DNA of 64,000 nt, from assembly GCA_025603075.1 (NCBI GenBank), contig MU626259.1, forward strand, positions 289,718 through 353,717, written 5' to 3'. The stretch's first letter is position 1. Each line of letters starts with the position of its first letter. Positions 1 through 12,213 of the stretch are shown here, piece by piece. The notes beneath the pieces were generated by a model, which saw only the letters and a program-made list of their open reading frames with translations, had not been told where the DNA came from and made no database searches. The stretch is from Neoconidiobolus thromboides FSU 785 (taxonomy: Eukaryota; Fungi; Entomophthoromycota). A program made the translations under genes and the position numbers.

Positions 1-45
1 TACACTGTATTTGTAGAGCTATTTTATTTCTATCTCAAAACACTA

Positions 46-148
46 TATCGGAATGTATTTTTTTGTTTAAGAATTGTCCTAACAATCTTTTCACTCAAAT
101 AGTGCTTAAAAAATAGAAAAGTAATAAAACTAAAAAAATATCCTCATA
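46..148 (+). mobile_element. MITE-104 copy (~104-bp non-autonomous TIR element). Strand + is defined as the GGGGATGTATTTTTG end first.
   Basis: Matches family consensus TA-TGGGGATGTATTTTTGTGTTTAAGAATTTTACTAACAAATTTTCCACTCAAATAGCGCTTAAAAAATGGAAAAAGTAATGAAACCAAAAAAACATCCCCA-TA; degenerate termini. Confidence 0.85.
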
Positions 149-486
149 TTTTGGATCTTCATAGATCGAAAGATATCTAAGTAGAAACTATATACAAGTG
201 TTACGCTATAAGCAGTATTTTCTCAAATTTCATACTTAAACGCGGCCACTAAATTCTATGTCAGTATGTGTAAATCTATATGGAGGAAATCTCTTTTGGT
301 TTAATGATTTTTACATTTTCTAAACACTACTAAACTGAAAAAATAACAAATTTCTTAAAAGAACATTCCTGTATTAAATATTATAAAAGTTTTATTTACA
401 GTTTATATAAATAGAACAAATTACTTATGGTGCAAAATTGTTGAATTTATGTTTGAAGTTAACTATTGATAATAACAATAACTCCA

Positions 487-590
487 TATGGGAGTGTTTT
501 TTTTGGTTTCATTACTTTTCCACTTTTTAAGCGCTATTTGAGCAGAAAGATTGTTAGTAAAATTCTTAAACAAAAAAATACATCCCCATA
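487..590 (-). mobile_element. MITE-104 copy
   Basis: Full length, CATATGGGAG...CCCCATATG ends. Confidence 0.9.
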
Positions 591-845
591 TGCTAATTAA
601 AGTATTAAACATATATTGCTTTTGTAAAAAAATAAAATTAAAACTCGTAATTATCTTTAAGCTTTAGCTTTTGATAAAATGATGTTATTGGTTGTAATAG
701 TAAATATTTTTTATAGTAAAAAATAAAAGCTACATAAAAATAAAAAAGATAATATTAAAATTTTTACTATTGTTATCTTTTTTCGAAAAACATTTATTTA
801 CAAAATGATTTAATATTTCTATATATTTTCAAATTCAAAATTAAA

Positions 846-948
846 TATGGACGATATATATTTTTATTTAAGGATTTTGCTAACAAATTTTCCACACAAA
901 TAGCACTTACAAGATGGAAAAAGTGAAGTCAAGAAAAATACTCCTATA
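846..948 (+). mobile_element. MITE-104 copy
   Basis: Diverged full-length match to consensus. Confidence 0.85.
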
Positions 949-1028
949 TGTAATTGTGAAAAGTATAAATATCTAGTTTATTATTAGCAAAATTTTGGTT
1001 AATCTTAGAATAATAGACAAGTTCAATA

Positions 1029-1132
1029 TATGGGGATGTTTTTTTGGTTTCATTACTTTTTCCATTTTTTAGCACTATTTAAGCGGAAAAATTGTTAGTA
1101 AAAATTCAAAAACACAAAAATACATGATGATA
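1029..1132 (-). mobile_element. MITE-104 copy, 26 bp upstream of tRNA-Gln
   Basis: Full-length match to consensus. Confidence 0.9.
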
Positions 1133-1158
1133 TTTTAAATTGGATTTCCCTCGCAAAC

Positions 1159-1230
1159 GGATTCATGGTGTAATGGTTAGCACCCAAGGTTTTGATCCTT
1201 GTAATCCGAGTTCGATTCTCGGTGGGTCCT
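1159..1230 (+). tRNA. tRNA-Gln(TTG)
   Basis: Acceptor stem GGATTCA/TGGGTCC; anticodon arm CAAGG-TTTTGAT-CCTTG; GTTCGATT T-loop; followed by a T-run Pol III terminator. Confidence 0.96.
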
Positions 1231-1249
1231 TTTTTTACTTGATCTAATA

Positions 1250-1570
1250 ACTGCACTTTAAATTATTATCATATTTAAAAATACTTATTTAAATGGTTTT
1301 AAATATACAATCTTTTAATAAAAGCTAAAGTCTCTTAGCTTTACCAAAAATAATTCAAATATCTAGTTTTAATTTGATACTTTAAAATATCAAATTTAAT
1401 AGAAATTCCCAGATTAACAAGGCTTTTACTAATATAACCTATATATTTATATTAATCAGAGTTGTAGTATATAAATATGTATTTTTATAAAATTTTATTA
1501 AAAATGTTCATTACTAATTGCTTTGTATCCAACACTGAAAGCCTTCTATTAAATAAATAGCTGCATAAAA
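1250..1570 (+). repeat. Degenerate fragment of element C (large MITE-related element)
   Basis: aaggcttttactaatataacctatatatttatattaatcagagttgtagt matches 12828-12880 and, inverted, 2860-2900; boundaries approximate. Confidence 0.6.
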
Positions 1571-1571
1571 G

Positions 1572-1945
1572 TGTAAAATATCACTTTGTCAGCCCTATGA
1601 TTGATTATAACATAAAAATCAATCTCAAGCTTCTATTTTGATTTAATATGAGAATTCCTACTATGTAATTCTAAAGGACATTATCTCCCCATTTTGATAT
1701 CGATACTTGTTGGTGTATAAAAGAGATTTCAGAACATAGTAACTCAAGGCTTTTTAATAGTAATTATGGAGATTTCATAGTAGTATTGTCTACTTTATTT
1801 GCCTTACATAGTCCGTAGCCTATTACGTGCTATTCTTCACAATTCAAGTCTATCTTAGCTACACAAACTAAGACCTTTTGACTTACGGCTAGTCAATCAA
1901 CTGAAAACTCCTTTCAACTCCAGCCACTGAGCACCAGATTTCATG
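1572..1945 (+). mobile_element. Solo-LTR-like repeat (family B), diverged and internally deleted
   Basis: Colinear with 63631-64000 and, inverted, 21605-22064; keeps TATAAAAG; flanked by aaag on both sides (possible 4-bp TSD). Confidence 0.65.
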
Positions 1946-1989
1946 AAAGCTTTTGTTTAAAAAGTTTATAAAAATTGACATATAGGCAG

Positions 1990-3058
1990 ATACAAAAAAC
2001 TATTTTAAATCTCAAAAGTTTTTATATTATATGTGTAAAAAAAACTTACAAAATAAATAATATTTTAAAAATTGACTTTAATTTTTTTGTTGAACATTAT
2101 AAAAAAATATAGTCAATAAGCATCTTACAAATCTTTTATAGTAGAAAAGTAGTTTTGAAGCATTAAATAAAATAAAAAATAACAATTAACTAGTTTCAAA
2201 ATTTGGGATTTTATTTTTGAGAATAGTAAAGTTAAGAACTTAACTATTAATAACAAAAAATAGATACAATTTTAAAGATACAAAAAAAACATAAAAATAT
2301 AAACATAAAAAACGATAAAGATACAAAGTATTAAAAAATAGTTACATTTTATTAAACATAATAATAAACTATATTACTATTAAATATCTGATTGATAGAA
2401 AGATTCTAATTAAAGTTATAAAGTCTATAAAAGTATAGAAAAATTAAAAGATTAACCCCAGTTTACCTTACAAAAATGAGATAATTTAAAAGTTTCAACA
2501 TTTAATAAACAAGTGAATAGTTTATTAAATAATATAAACTAATTATTGTATACTAACACCATTTAAGTTACCAATAGCCAAGTTAATGAATAATGAAAAA
2601 TAAATAGTTACAGTAACAAATAAAAATTACTATTATTATATTGCTTGTATCATATAAGGATGGTTAAGTATAGTTTTGGGACTAATCACTTCCTCCTATC
2701 CAGCTATTCATTAATTCAGTAATATATTAATAATGTAATTATAAAATTAAAATTGTTTATTTATTTGATAGTAAATCTGCGATGTTGGGTATAAAGTAGT
2801 CAATAATAAACATCTCACAATAAAGTTTTATAGGAATGTATATTTATACACTACAACTTTGATTAATATGAATATATAGGTTATATTAGTAAAAGCCTTA
2901 TTAATCCTAGAATTTCGGCTAACTTATGATATAAATTATAATAAAGTAATTTAAAACTATGTCGAACACTTTTGGTTTTTAATAAAGGATTTGTTAAGTC
3001 TTAAAACTTAGAATATTTAAAAATTGGGTAGAAATGAAACCAATTTGGACATCCCCTA
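1990..3058 (-). mobile_element. Element C copy (large MITE-related TIR element), one end missing
   Basis: Inverted homology over about 1 kb with 35687-36800; terminus GAAATGAAACCAATTTGGACATCCCC at 3030-3056 resembles the MITE end. Confidence 0.75.
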
Positions 3059-3140
3059 ATAAAAGTTTTTTCATTTCAGTATCTTATGATTTCTTTCGAT
3101 TTTATGTTGAATAAAAAGCGAAAAAATAGTAAAAAAAAGC

Positions 3141-3256
3141 TATAGAGATATATTTTCTTGTTTGAATTTTACTAACAATCTTTCCATTTTTTAAGCGCTA
3201 TTTGAGTGGAAAGATTGTTAATAAAATTCTTAAATAAAGAAATACATCCCCTTATA
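3141..3256. mobile_element. Symmetrical (palindromic) MITE-104 variant
   Basis: Both arms are the long-type end (...ttttactaacaatctttcca / tggaaagattgttaataaaatt...). Confidence 0.8.
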
Positions 3257-3713
3257 TAGTATCTTTTAAACTTCTTAATTATTAAAATTTTTATATCACT
3301 TACTCAGTTTTGTTTACAACTGTATTAAATCATAAAGCACAAGAATAAGATTTTATCTAATTTTTAGTTAATGAGGAGAAACGAAAACTTCACAACCAAT
3401 CTAAAAGAGTTTAAAAGTAAAATTACATTACTTTCTAAGTCATGCAACAGCTTTGAATGCATTACCTCAACAAGCTGACCTTGGATTAAATCTAAACCTC
3501 GGCATATATGTAATAAACCCCATCAATCATTTACTAAATAAATTTAATTACTGTATTTTAATCTTGTAATCAGGAAGAAACTAGTAACCAAATGACTTAA
3601 CTTGACTTAGGTCAGATCGTATTACATGCGTCATCAGCGTATAAAAAAACTAAAATAAGCTAATTATTAAGATATAAAAGCCAAAAAAAAGTTCACAGTC
3701 TTTAGTTTAAAAT

Positions 3714-6109
3714 ATGCTCAACTTAAAACTAATTACTCAGCCTTTAAACAGTTACCAACCGATGGCTGGCAACGATGGAGATGATATTCCCAACAAAGTT
3801 GAAAGGAAAACTTTATCGCCCTTTTCACAAGCTAAACTCCCATTTGTTTTAAGTCAAAAGTTCCTTCATATTTTACCATCACTGGCCATAGCTTTTGTAC
3901 TACTTTGTTCCTCAGCAGCTATGAATGCCTCAATAATTGATAGTACACCACATCAATCTCAAGCTCAAGCTCTCGGCCAATATATAGACCCGCTTAAAGG
4001 CTTTGATAGCATACCGAATTCTGACTCCCTTCGCTCACATTTGAAGTACATCACTCAAAGCGTACATATTGCTGGTAAAGGCAAGTCACTTGCTGAGTGG
4101 TACGCCAAAAAACTACAGTCTTACGGCCTTAAAACCGAGATCGTCAAATATTATCCTTACTTAAACTACCCTTCCAAACGTCGATTAGCAATCGTTTCCC
4201 CACCAGCCTTAAAATATGAAGCCAAACTAGTTGAAGACGTAATAGATGAAGATCCCACCTCCCTTGACCCAAATGCAGTACCAACTTTTCATGGGTTATC
4301 AGCAAATGGTAATGTAACTGCTGAATTAGTGTATGCTAATTATGGTACATGGGAGGATTTTAAAGTACTCAAATCAAACAATGTAACTGTAAAAGGGAAG
4401 ATCGCTTTGGTTCGATATGGTAAATGCTTTCGTGGCCTCAAATTACGCGCTGCTGAGCTCAATGGTGCGGTTGGTGTGCTCATATACTCAGATCCTTTGG
4501 ATGATGGTGAAAACTTAGGTGATGTGTATCCAAAGGGGCCTTACCGCCCAAGCAGTGGGGTACAAAGGGGTACTGTAAGTTACCTTAGCTTATCACCTGG
4601 AGACCCGCTGACACCTGGAGTTGCTGCTACGAAGGATGCCAAGCGTATTTCATTAGAAAAATCCAAAATTCTACCCAAAATCCCATCTTTACCAATCTCA
4701 TATGGAGATGCTTTACCTTTATTAAAAGCTTTAGTAAGTGAGGGTAAACAAGTTGATAAATTGGGGTCTGATTGGACAGGTGGTTTAAAGGTTAGTTATT
4801 GGACTGGACCATCTAGAGCTAAGGTTAATTTAATCAATATTGTAGATGGCGGTATACAAACTATATACAACGTAATTGCTACCATTCCGGGAGAGAAAGA
4901 AAGAAATAAACAAATAATTGTAGGCAACCACCGAGATGGTTGGGTATATGGAGCTAATGATCCAGGATCTGGCAGTAGTATGATGTTAGAAGTAGCACGT
5001 ACACTTGGTTCATTATTAAAAGGTGGGTGGCGACCAAAAAGAACTATTAAACTGTGTAGCTGGGATGCAGAGGAGTATGGATTGATTGGATCAACCGAAT
5101 GGGTAGAAGACTTCTCTAAAAAATTAAGTAAAGAAGCCATTGTTTATATCAATGTCGATGCTTTTGAAGGTACTCAGTTTTCTCCTAGTGGTACCCCTAG
5201 TTTACTGAAATTAGTTAAAAATATTACTGCACAAGTCAAAGATCCTCATGGTAATGGTACTATCTATGACTCTTGGTATAAGGACACTAAAGGGAAAACA
5301 GAATTACAAGGATTGGGATCAGGTAGTGATTACACTCCATTTTACCAGCATCTCGGTATCTCCTCTTTGGACCTTAAATTTTATTCAAAAATCGGCTCCG
5401 GGGTGTATCATTCTAACTACGATTCGTTTCATTTTGTAGATAAGTTTGGTGACCCAGGGTTCAAAATATATCTTGCAATGACTCAAATTGTAGGAAAATT
5501 ATTGATCACTTTGGCTGATAAGCCACTCGTTTCCTTTCACCTCGCTCATTATGGATCAAAATTAACGGAGTATATTGATAAGGTGGACCAAAGCCTTAAG
5601 GAAGAAGCAAAAAATAAACTTAATTTACTTGCTTTTCGTAAGGCAGTATCTGAGTTTACTACTGAGTGCAAAAAGATTGATGATAAAGCAGCTTTATTAA
5701 ATAATAAATTAAGTACCGATAAAAAAGAAGGATGTCAAAAAGATAATAACATATGCATTAATGAATTAAATTGGGTCAATAATAAGATGATTTATTTGGA
5801 ACGCAAAATGCTTGATCAAAAAGGTAACATGAATATAAATAAAAGATCATTTGTTAATTCAGTTACCAAGGTATCGAGGGAAGAGAATTCTATAAGCACT
5901 TTGTCTATGCGCCAGGACTTTGGGCTGGGTAAATTAAATTTTTATTATCGGACCTTTATTTAATACTTTATAGGTATGGTTCACAAGTATTTCCTTCTTT
6001 AAATGAAGCTTTGGAGGCCAACGATTTTAAAAAAACTAACGAAGTGGTATGTAAGTATACGGATCTCATAAATGAAGCAACAGCTTTTCTTAAATCGGAA
6101 AGTTTATGA
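3714..6109 (+). CDS. Glutamate carboxypeptidase II / transferrin-receptor-like M28B peptidase (Vps70-like); 3 exons
   Basis: N-terminal TM anchor, PA domain (GKIALVRYG, GAVGVLIYSDP), M28 motifs GNHRDGW, GANDPGSG, SWDAEEYGLIGSTEW, YHSNYD. Introns 5824-5870 and 5929-5973 restore the conserved GREFYKHFVYAPGLWAGYGSQVFP tail; stop TGA at 6107-6109. Start may be Met at 3762. Confidence 0.93.
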
Positions 6110-6337
6110 GTATCAAAGTTGATTTATTTGAATTCAAACAAAATAAATTTTTTAGTTCTTAAATTATACCTATTTTTCAAATAATATTGATAATAATAAG
6201 TATGTTATATAAATGCGTTTTTAATCCGCCATAGGACATTACTGTTTATTACATATTTAAACAGACAGAGGTTTATTGAAACCAGTTGTTTTTTAAAACA
6301 TCTCGTTCATTTATAAAAAGCAATAAATTAAAAACCA

Positions 6338-6441
6338 TATGGGGCTGTTTTTTTTGATTTCATTATTTTTCCGTTTTTTAAGCACTATTTGAGTGGAAAA
6401 TTTGTTAGTAAAATTCTTAAACACAAAAATACATGCTCATA
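6338..6441 (-). mobile_element. MITE-104 copy
   Basis: Full-length match to consensus. Confidence 0.9.
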
Positions 6442-6596
6442 TTAAAATCATCAAACTTCTATTGAATATACATATACTTTAGTTTAAAGCGATAATAAAA
6501 CTTTAGCTTCTAATAATAAAATTTATTTTATCAAAAAAAACTATCAATTTAATTTATATATTAATTAGAGTTTATTTGACTTAACTGTAAGCTCAA

Positions 6597-8333
6597 TTAG
6601 GTACATTTAAAAGGTTTAAAAGCGCCACACCAATATGTAGAAGTTGTATGTTCATAATGTAATACAGCGTTATTATTGTTATCATTATTTGTATCACTAA
6701 TAGTATTATTGAGCGGGTTATTAATCTCATTTACAGCATTAAAATTATCAAGGTAATTATTGGCATAACTCATGGTATAACGATTGAAGCGTGGTAAGGC
6801 AACTGAATTATTACTAGTTATTGATAAATCACTAAAAAAAGAATCCCTTATTTTATAATTATTTTTTGGACTATCCTGGGGATAAAAATGGCTAGAAATA
6901 GTATATATATTTCTATGCTGTCTTAATCTATGATTATAAATGATATTATCACTGTCAGTTCTTTGTCTCATGTCAATATTATTGCTAGTGGTACATTCAA
7001 TATTATTAGTATTATTTAATATACTATTATCATTGACATTTAATTTGTATTTCTTGGCTCGGTTTAAATAAGAATCAGTAGTTGGATCAGAGGTCCTTGG
7101 TTTATCCAGTTTTAATAAATTTTTGTTGATGAAATTATTAAATGTCGAGTTGAAAGCTGGCAATGGTAGATTAAAGTTAAATAAAGCCTTATTATCATCG
7201 ACGGTATCATCTTCGTTAATAAGATTATTTCCTACAGCTACATTCGTGTCATTGGTACCAGTACTGTTACTTGTACTATCACTGTTGCTATCGAATACTG
7301 GTTCAATAGTATGGTTCAATATTATACTTTTCAATAAAAAATAATAGAATTGAAGGGCTGTAAATAAATAATTGTGGTGATTGAAATAAACTAAATTAAC
7401 TAGTAAGAACAATATCTTCAACCAATAATCATATAAATAAACGAAATGAAATTCACTTGTTAGTAAATAAATTGAAGAATTATTTAGTATGATTCTGAGT
7501 GTGTTATTGAACATGAAATAAATGATTAACAAAGTAGATAACGTTATTAGTATTATCAATTGTATCCTTCTTAATAAAATAATTGTCTTCCTATTCATAT
7601 TCATATTATTAACTTCGTTCTTATCTATTTTGTTATTATTGATATCTACTTTAATAAAATTACTCTCATTTAAAAACTCATTACTTAAATTATTTAGTGA
7701 ATATCTCTGCCATCTTTTGGGTGGATCGGGGAATTGATGAAAAAGTATTGTAGTACGATTGCTATGGATATTACTATTGTATTTCTTATTAAATATCCTT
7801 AGTACTTTTTTAAATAAATTATATACAAATACGACTAAATAGATAGATAAAGTTAATAAATTTAAGCTATAAATCCCATATTTGAATCTCTTTAATATAT
7901 CATTGTCATTGTTCACATGATTAATATTACAATAGTAATATTGATTATTAAAGTTGTAATAAGAGTTAAAGTTGCGAGTGTTATTAGTATTAAATAACAG
8001 GGATGAAATATTGACTATAAAGTGGGACAATAATAATAGCAAAAATAATAATTTATATATAGCACTCTTAGTCATATAGATTAAGTTTACTACTAAAATC
8101 AATTCAAATATTATACTATTCAAAAATTGGTTTAACTCACATATTCCTATTTCCTTATAATTTAAATATTGGAATGTTATATTACTAAGAATATAACTGA
8201 TACTTAATACTATTACTCCTATCGCTATTTTGCTGTAGTTATTATTTATATTGCTTATACTGTTATATAAAATTGGGATTGAAATAAAAAAAGACAGAAT
8301 CAAGGAAACCCAAAGTAAAATAGCGATATCCAT
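6597..8333 (-). CDS. Putative 7-transmembrane receptor-like protein with Asn-rich loop and tail (578 aa)
   Basis: Intact 1.7-kb ORF in AT-rich DNA; about seven hydrophobic segments; Cys before TM3 and YYYC in the second extracellular loop; long N-rich C-terminal tail. Confidence 0.6.
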   Translation of the reverse strand: MDIAILLWVSLILSFFISIPILYNSISNINNNYSKIAIGVIVLSISYILSNITFQYLNYKEIGICELNQFLNSIIFELILVVNLIYMTKSAIYKLLFLLLLLSHFIVNISSLLFNTNNTRNFNSYYNFNNQYYYCNINHVNNDNDILKRFKYGIYSLNLLTLSIYLVVFVYNLFKKVLRIFNKKYNSNIHSNRTTILFHQFPDPPKRWQRYSLNNLSNEFLNESNFIKVDINNNKIDKNEVNNMNMNRKTIILLRRIQLIILITLSTLLIIYFMFNNTLRIILNNSSIYLLTSEFHFVYLYDYWLKILFLLVNLVYFNHHNYLFTALQFYYFLLKSIILNHTIEPVFDSNSDSTSNSTGTNDTNVAVGNNLINEDDTVDDNKALFNFNLPLPAFNSTFNNFINKNLLKLDKPRTSDPTTDSYLNRAKKYKLNVNDNSILNNTNNIECTTSNNIDMRQRTDSDNIIYNHRLRQHRNIYTISSHFYPQDSPKNNYKIRDSFFSDLSITSNNSVALPRFNRYTMSYANNYLDNFNAVNEINNPLNNTISDTNNDNNNNAVLHYEHTTSTYWCGAFKPFKCT

Positions 8334-8672
8334 ACTTCGTTAATATTTTAAAAAAAAGAAAAGGATAAAAATAAAAAGTTTATTTTTATAACTATTTGTT
8401 TATTTAATATATTTATACTTATTCTTTTTTTTGTTTTTAAATATAAACATAGTAATATATTGATAAACTTCAAGCCTTGAAATTTATAATAAAATAAAGC
8501 TTATATGCTGCCTTTCTTACTTAATAAAACATGGCATAAAAGTGTCTGTGCTTGAGTCGTCTCAAACTACCAATCAATATTATAGAATAAAAATAACTTA
8601 TGTTTGATTCACTTAGTCCAATTCCAAGGTTCAATGGCCCAATTGATGAGTATTTTAAGTTAGTATCCTCTA

Positions 8673-8833
8673 TTAGATCACTATCTATGTTTTAGACGCT
8701 TTCATTTAATTTTGTTATTAATGTCTTTTACCTGAATCTAAAAATATAGTATTGTACGTAACCTATATATTCAAGTAAAAGACATTAATAACAAAATTAA
8801 ATGAAAGCGTCTAAAACATAGATAGTGATCTAA
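8673..8833. repeat. Near-perfect hairpin (65-bp arms, 31-nt loop)
   Basis: 8673-8737 is the reverse complement of 8769-8833; the outer 59 bp are perfect and there is one mismatch. Confidence 0.95.
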
Positions 8834-9524
8834 ATATAGGTTTCACATAAATAATTTTGATTATTTATTAAAAGGATGCAAAGTTATTAGCTGCAAGGGT
8901 GAAATTTTATTGTGTACAAAATTAGAGTTTATTTTCGAGTACAGAAACTTTCATGTTGCAGTTCTACACCTTCAGAAATTATTTTTCGTTAAATTAACTA
9001 AAACTATTCGAAAACCTTCGACTAAGCTAGTGTTTAATTTAAGAATATGCTAAGTTGCATGCATTTGCCATTAACTTTTATAGCTTATTAGACTAACTCA
9101 AAGCAAGTAATTGATAAGTCTGGATTGAGTGAGGTCAAACTTAATATAACTAATCTAAGAGTAATGTCGAATTTCTTTGGGTAAAACAATGCAACTGCAA
9201 CTGATGATATCAAGACTAATCCAACCTAACCAAACAGCTATTTGTAATACTTAATAAAAATGGAAAATAACTTAATAAATAAATTCAGCTTTAATATCGC
9301 TTACATAATACTCATTTAAATTCATAAGGATTAAAATGCTTTAATCTATATTTTAAATGACTAATTGCTTCGAATGAAATATTTATTTAATCTGTTAAAC
9401 GCCTTGGCATTAATACTAAAGAATGTGAAGCTCCAATAAGCTATCTTATTTTCTTTGGCCACTACATCTATACCAACAAACTGTCACTCGAAAATATTCA
9501 AGCTTTTTTTACAAAAATTTAGGA

Positions 9525-9629
9525 TATGGGAGTGTTTTTTTTGACTTCATTATTTTTTCCATTTTTTAAGCACTATTTGAGTGGAAAATTTGTTGGTAAA
9601 ATTCTTAAATACAAAAATACATCCCCATA
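9525..9629 (-). mobile_element. MITE-104 copy
   Basis: Full-length match to consensus. Confidence 0.9.
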
Positions 9630-9906
9630 TGAAAGTTTTGTAAACAATATATAGATAACTGCAAATAAACAGAGTAAAAATAAGTTTGAAATGCTTTATT
9701 TAAAATAAATTACTAGGTACGTTTATATCTAGTACGTGAAATAGATGTTAGCCCAAACAAGTTGGAATAAAGTGATGATTTATAGTACAAATGCTAAAAA
9801 ATAAGGTCAGGATAATCAATATCAAATAACTATACGAAGGAGAAGTTGCTGTTACGAGAGTAAAGCAATGAATAAGAATAATAGAACAAGTTTAATGAAG
9901 ATTCAA

Positions 9907-10176
9907 TTATCTTAACTGAATGGGAGTAAGAGAGACGGTGATAGTTGAGTAATGTTTACCATTCATTGAATATCCTTTATTTAGTAAATCTTCGAAGTGG
10001 ATATCTCTTAATTTTTGATCAATTACTTTTTCAACCTTTTTTTCCTTAAGCAATATCACCTCACTACCACTCAGTTGACTAAACTTCTTTATACTATTCA
10101 TTTTGCTATTTACTTTCCAGCTTATCCTTTTGTTGTCTTTGTCCTGAAATATAACGTAACCCTGTACTTGTTGCAT
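9907..10176 (-). CDS. Small hypothetical protein (89 aa) with C-terminal FEDLL...TITVSLTP motif
   Basis: ATG-initiated ORF with purine-rich coding-like composition; C-terminal motif shared with ORF 24292-24762. Confidence 0.6.
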   Translation of the reverse strand: MQQVQGYVIFQDKDNKRISWKVNSKMNSIKKFSQLSGSEVILLKEKKVEKVIDQKLRDIHFEDLLNKGYSMNGKHYSTITVSLTPIQLR

Positions 10177-12000
10177 GATTTGAAATTTTAAAATATAGAT
10201 TGGTATTAAATTTCGAGTTTACTTTCTTTATATACTTTTATCTTGAAAAAATCACACGGTATTAGAGATGTGAATTGTGATAAATAGAATAAAGGAGTTA
10301 TAAATATCTTTTTATCTCATCTCACAGAGACTTTTATAGTAACAATCGTAAGAAACCTTATTTTCTACAAAATTCTATTCTTACCTTACAAAATTAATTT
10401 CTTATTTTAGCTGTTTACTTATGATTTAATAACCTTGGTTTTAATCAGTTTTCTGTATAACTTGTTTTTATTTTATAATCATTATAATATTTATATATTA
10501 TATATTATATTACATTATATTATAAATACTACATCTTTATATACCATTTCTTCCGTATTATGTCTCAAATATTATATTGCCGGAGTTTATATAAAGCAAT
10601 ATTAATACTATTGTCCCAAAGAATGATTTGAACAATAACTCAACTTAATTAATAATGATAAAGTCAAATAAACCCGACAAGCCAGCTAAAATAGGTAATG
10701 CAATTAAAGTTACTAAATCTTTATCAATGGTTTTCAATTGGTTCACTATTAATTTTATAATGTATTAATCTAGAACTTCCTACTTCGAATTTTTTTTGTA
10801 ATTCATTTGATTATCCTATGATATGAATTTGGCCAATTAAAATCGTTGCTTCTTACTATTAATTTTTTTTATAAATTAAAACTTGCTAATTCGAGCTTAA
10901 CAAAGTATAAAACGGGATGTTGGTGTTAACATACCCTTACATCCTACCTTTGATTACAAACTTCTATTTCGATTCATTTTTTGTTGTTTGTGTTATATTA
11001 CTTTTGATTATTTTATATAATTTATTTCTGTTTAATTTATTTTCTATATGGCTTTTCAAAATTCATTCAAAATATAAGCTGATATAATTTTAAAACACTA
11101 GACAAGTCATTTAAACTTAACTATCCCTTAAAGATAACAAATATAAGTAGCTCAAAAATAATAACTATATATAGGGAATATGTTTTTAAAATTTATATTA
11201 TTTTAAATAAATTTAGTTTCAACTTTATTAAAGAAATTTATTAGTAATTCATTCTTTAAGCCATACACCATTACTATTAATCATTATTTCTCATATTACC
11301 GTGTTATCAGGATGGATCATCTACCTTTATTAATAAATTATGGTGATTCACCGTAATGGCCGTTTGGTCATTATTATGTTATAATTTATGTTATTAATTG
11401 GCGATGATATCAAGACAAGAGAATGAAAGGGAAAAACCTTTGTAAAATATAGGAATTGGCATACTAAGGTTAGAAAAAAATCCAATTACTATATATAATT
11501 AGAAGCTAAATCCTAAAGGTTGATGTTTGATTTATTAATACATTATTAATTTAATTATTATTCATATCTTATTATTAATCCGTATAATTTGCCAAGTCAT
11601 TACCAACTGAGTTTAAGCTTATAAAAGATATGACTTTCAAAGCTATCACCTCAATCCCTTGGATGTAATGTGGGAGGATCTAATTAAAACAAAATATGGT
11701 TCATGAGAAAAAGTAAGCCGACAACTAATTACAAGGAATAGGAGATTATTTACTAGATCCCTGTTAAAAATAAATCGGCTATAGTTAATTTAACATAATA
11801 GAAGTTAAGCTGTTTACTTCCAAATGCAAAACCCATCTACTCTAAGCCTATTCTAACATCTTTATTTTGCCAATTCCAAAGCTAACCCAGATCTAAATTA
11901 TAAGGGTTCAATGTTGACATTAAATTAAAAGTTATGTAATCACTTAGGTAAAGTTTGAATTAAATTTATGACTAAATAAAATCCGAAGGCGAAAAATAAT

Positions 12001-12073
12001 TGGAGTAGCAGGGTTTCGATCCCCGTGCCCCTCGCATGCAAAGCGAGTACTCTACCGATTGAGCTACTACCCC
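12001..12073 (-). tRNA. tRNA-Ala(TGC)
   Basis: Reverse complement reads GGGGTAGTAGCTCAATCGGTAGAGTACTCGCTTTGCATGCGAG...CTACTCCA; anticodon arm CTCGC-TTTGCAT-GCGAG. Confidence 0.96.
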
Positions 12074-12213
12074 AACTTAGTATGAGAAAATAAGCAAAAA
12101 ATAGTATTTAATATTTTAAATTATTGCAGCTAATGTTAAAAATGTCTTATACTTGTTTTTAGTATATTGGCTAAGATTTAAAACTAAGTTACATTTAAAT
12201 AGAAATATGAGGA

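Noticed and set aside
4796-5439. Track ORFs 4796-5140 (-) and 5248-5439 (+)
   Set aside because: Shadow frames inside the peptidase CDS.
5824-5963. C-terminus of the 749-aa track ORF (GNMNINKRSF...YYRTFI)
   Set aside because: It reads through two introns; splicing restores the conserved M28B tail ending at 6109.
7123-7737. Track ORFs 7123-7344 and 7522-7737 (+)
   Set aside because: Antisense shadows of the 7TM gene; hydrophobicity is a by-product of AAT-rich codons.
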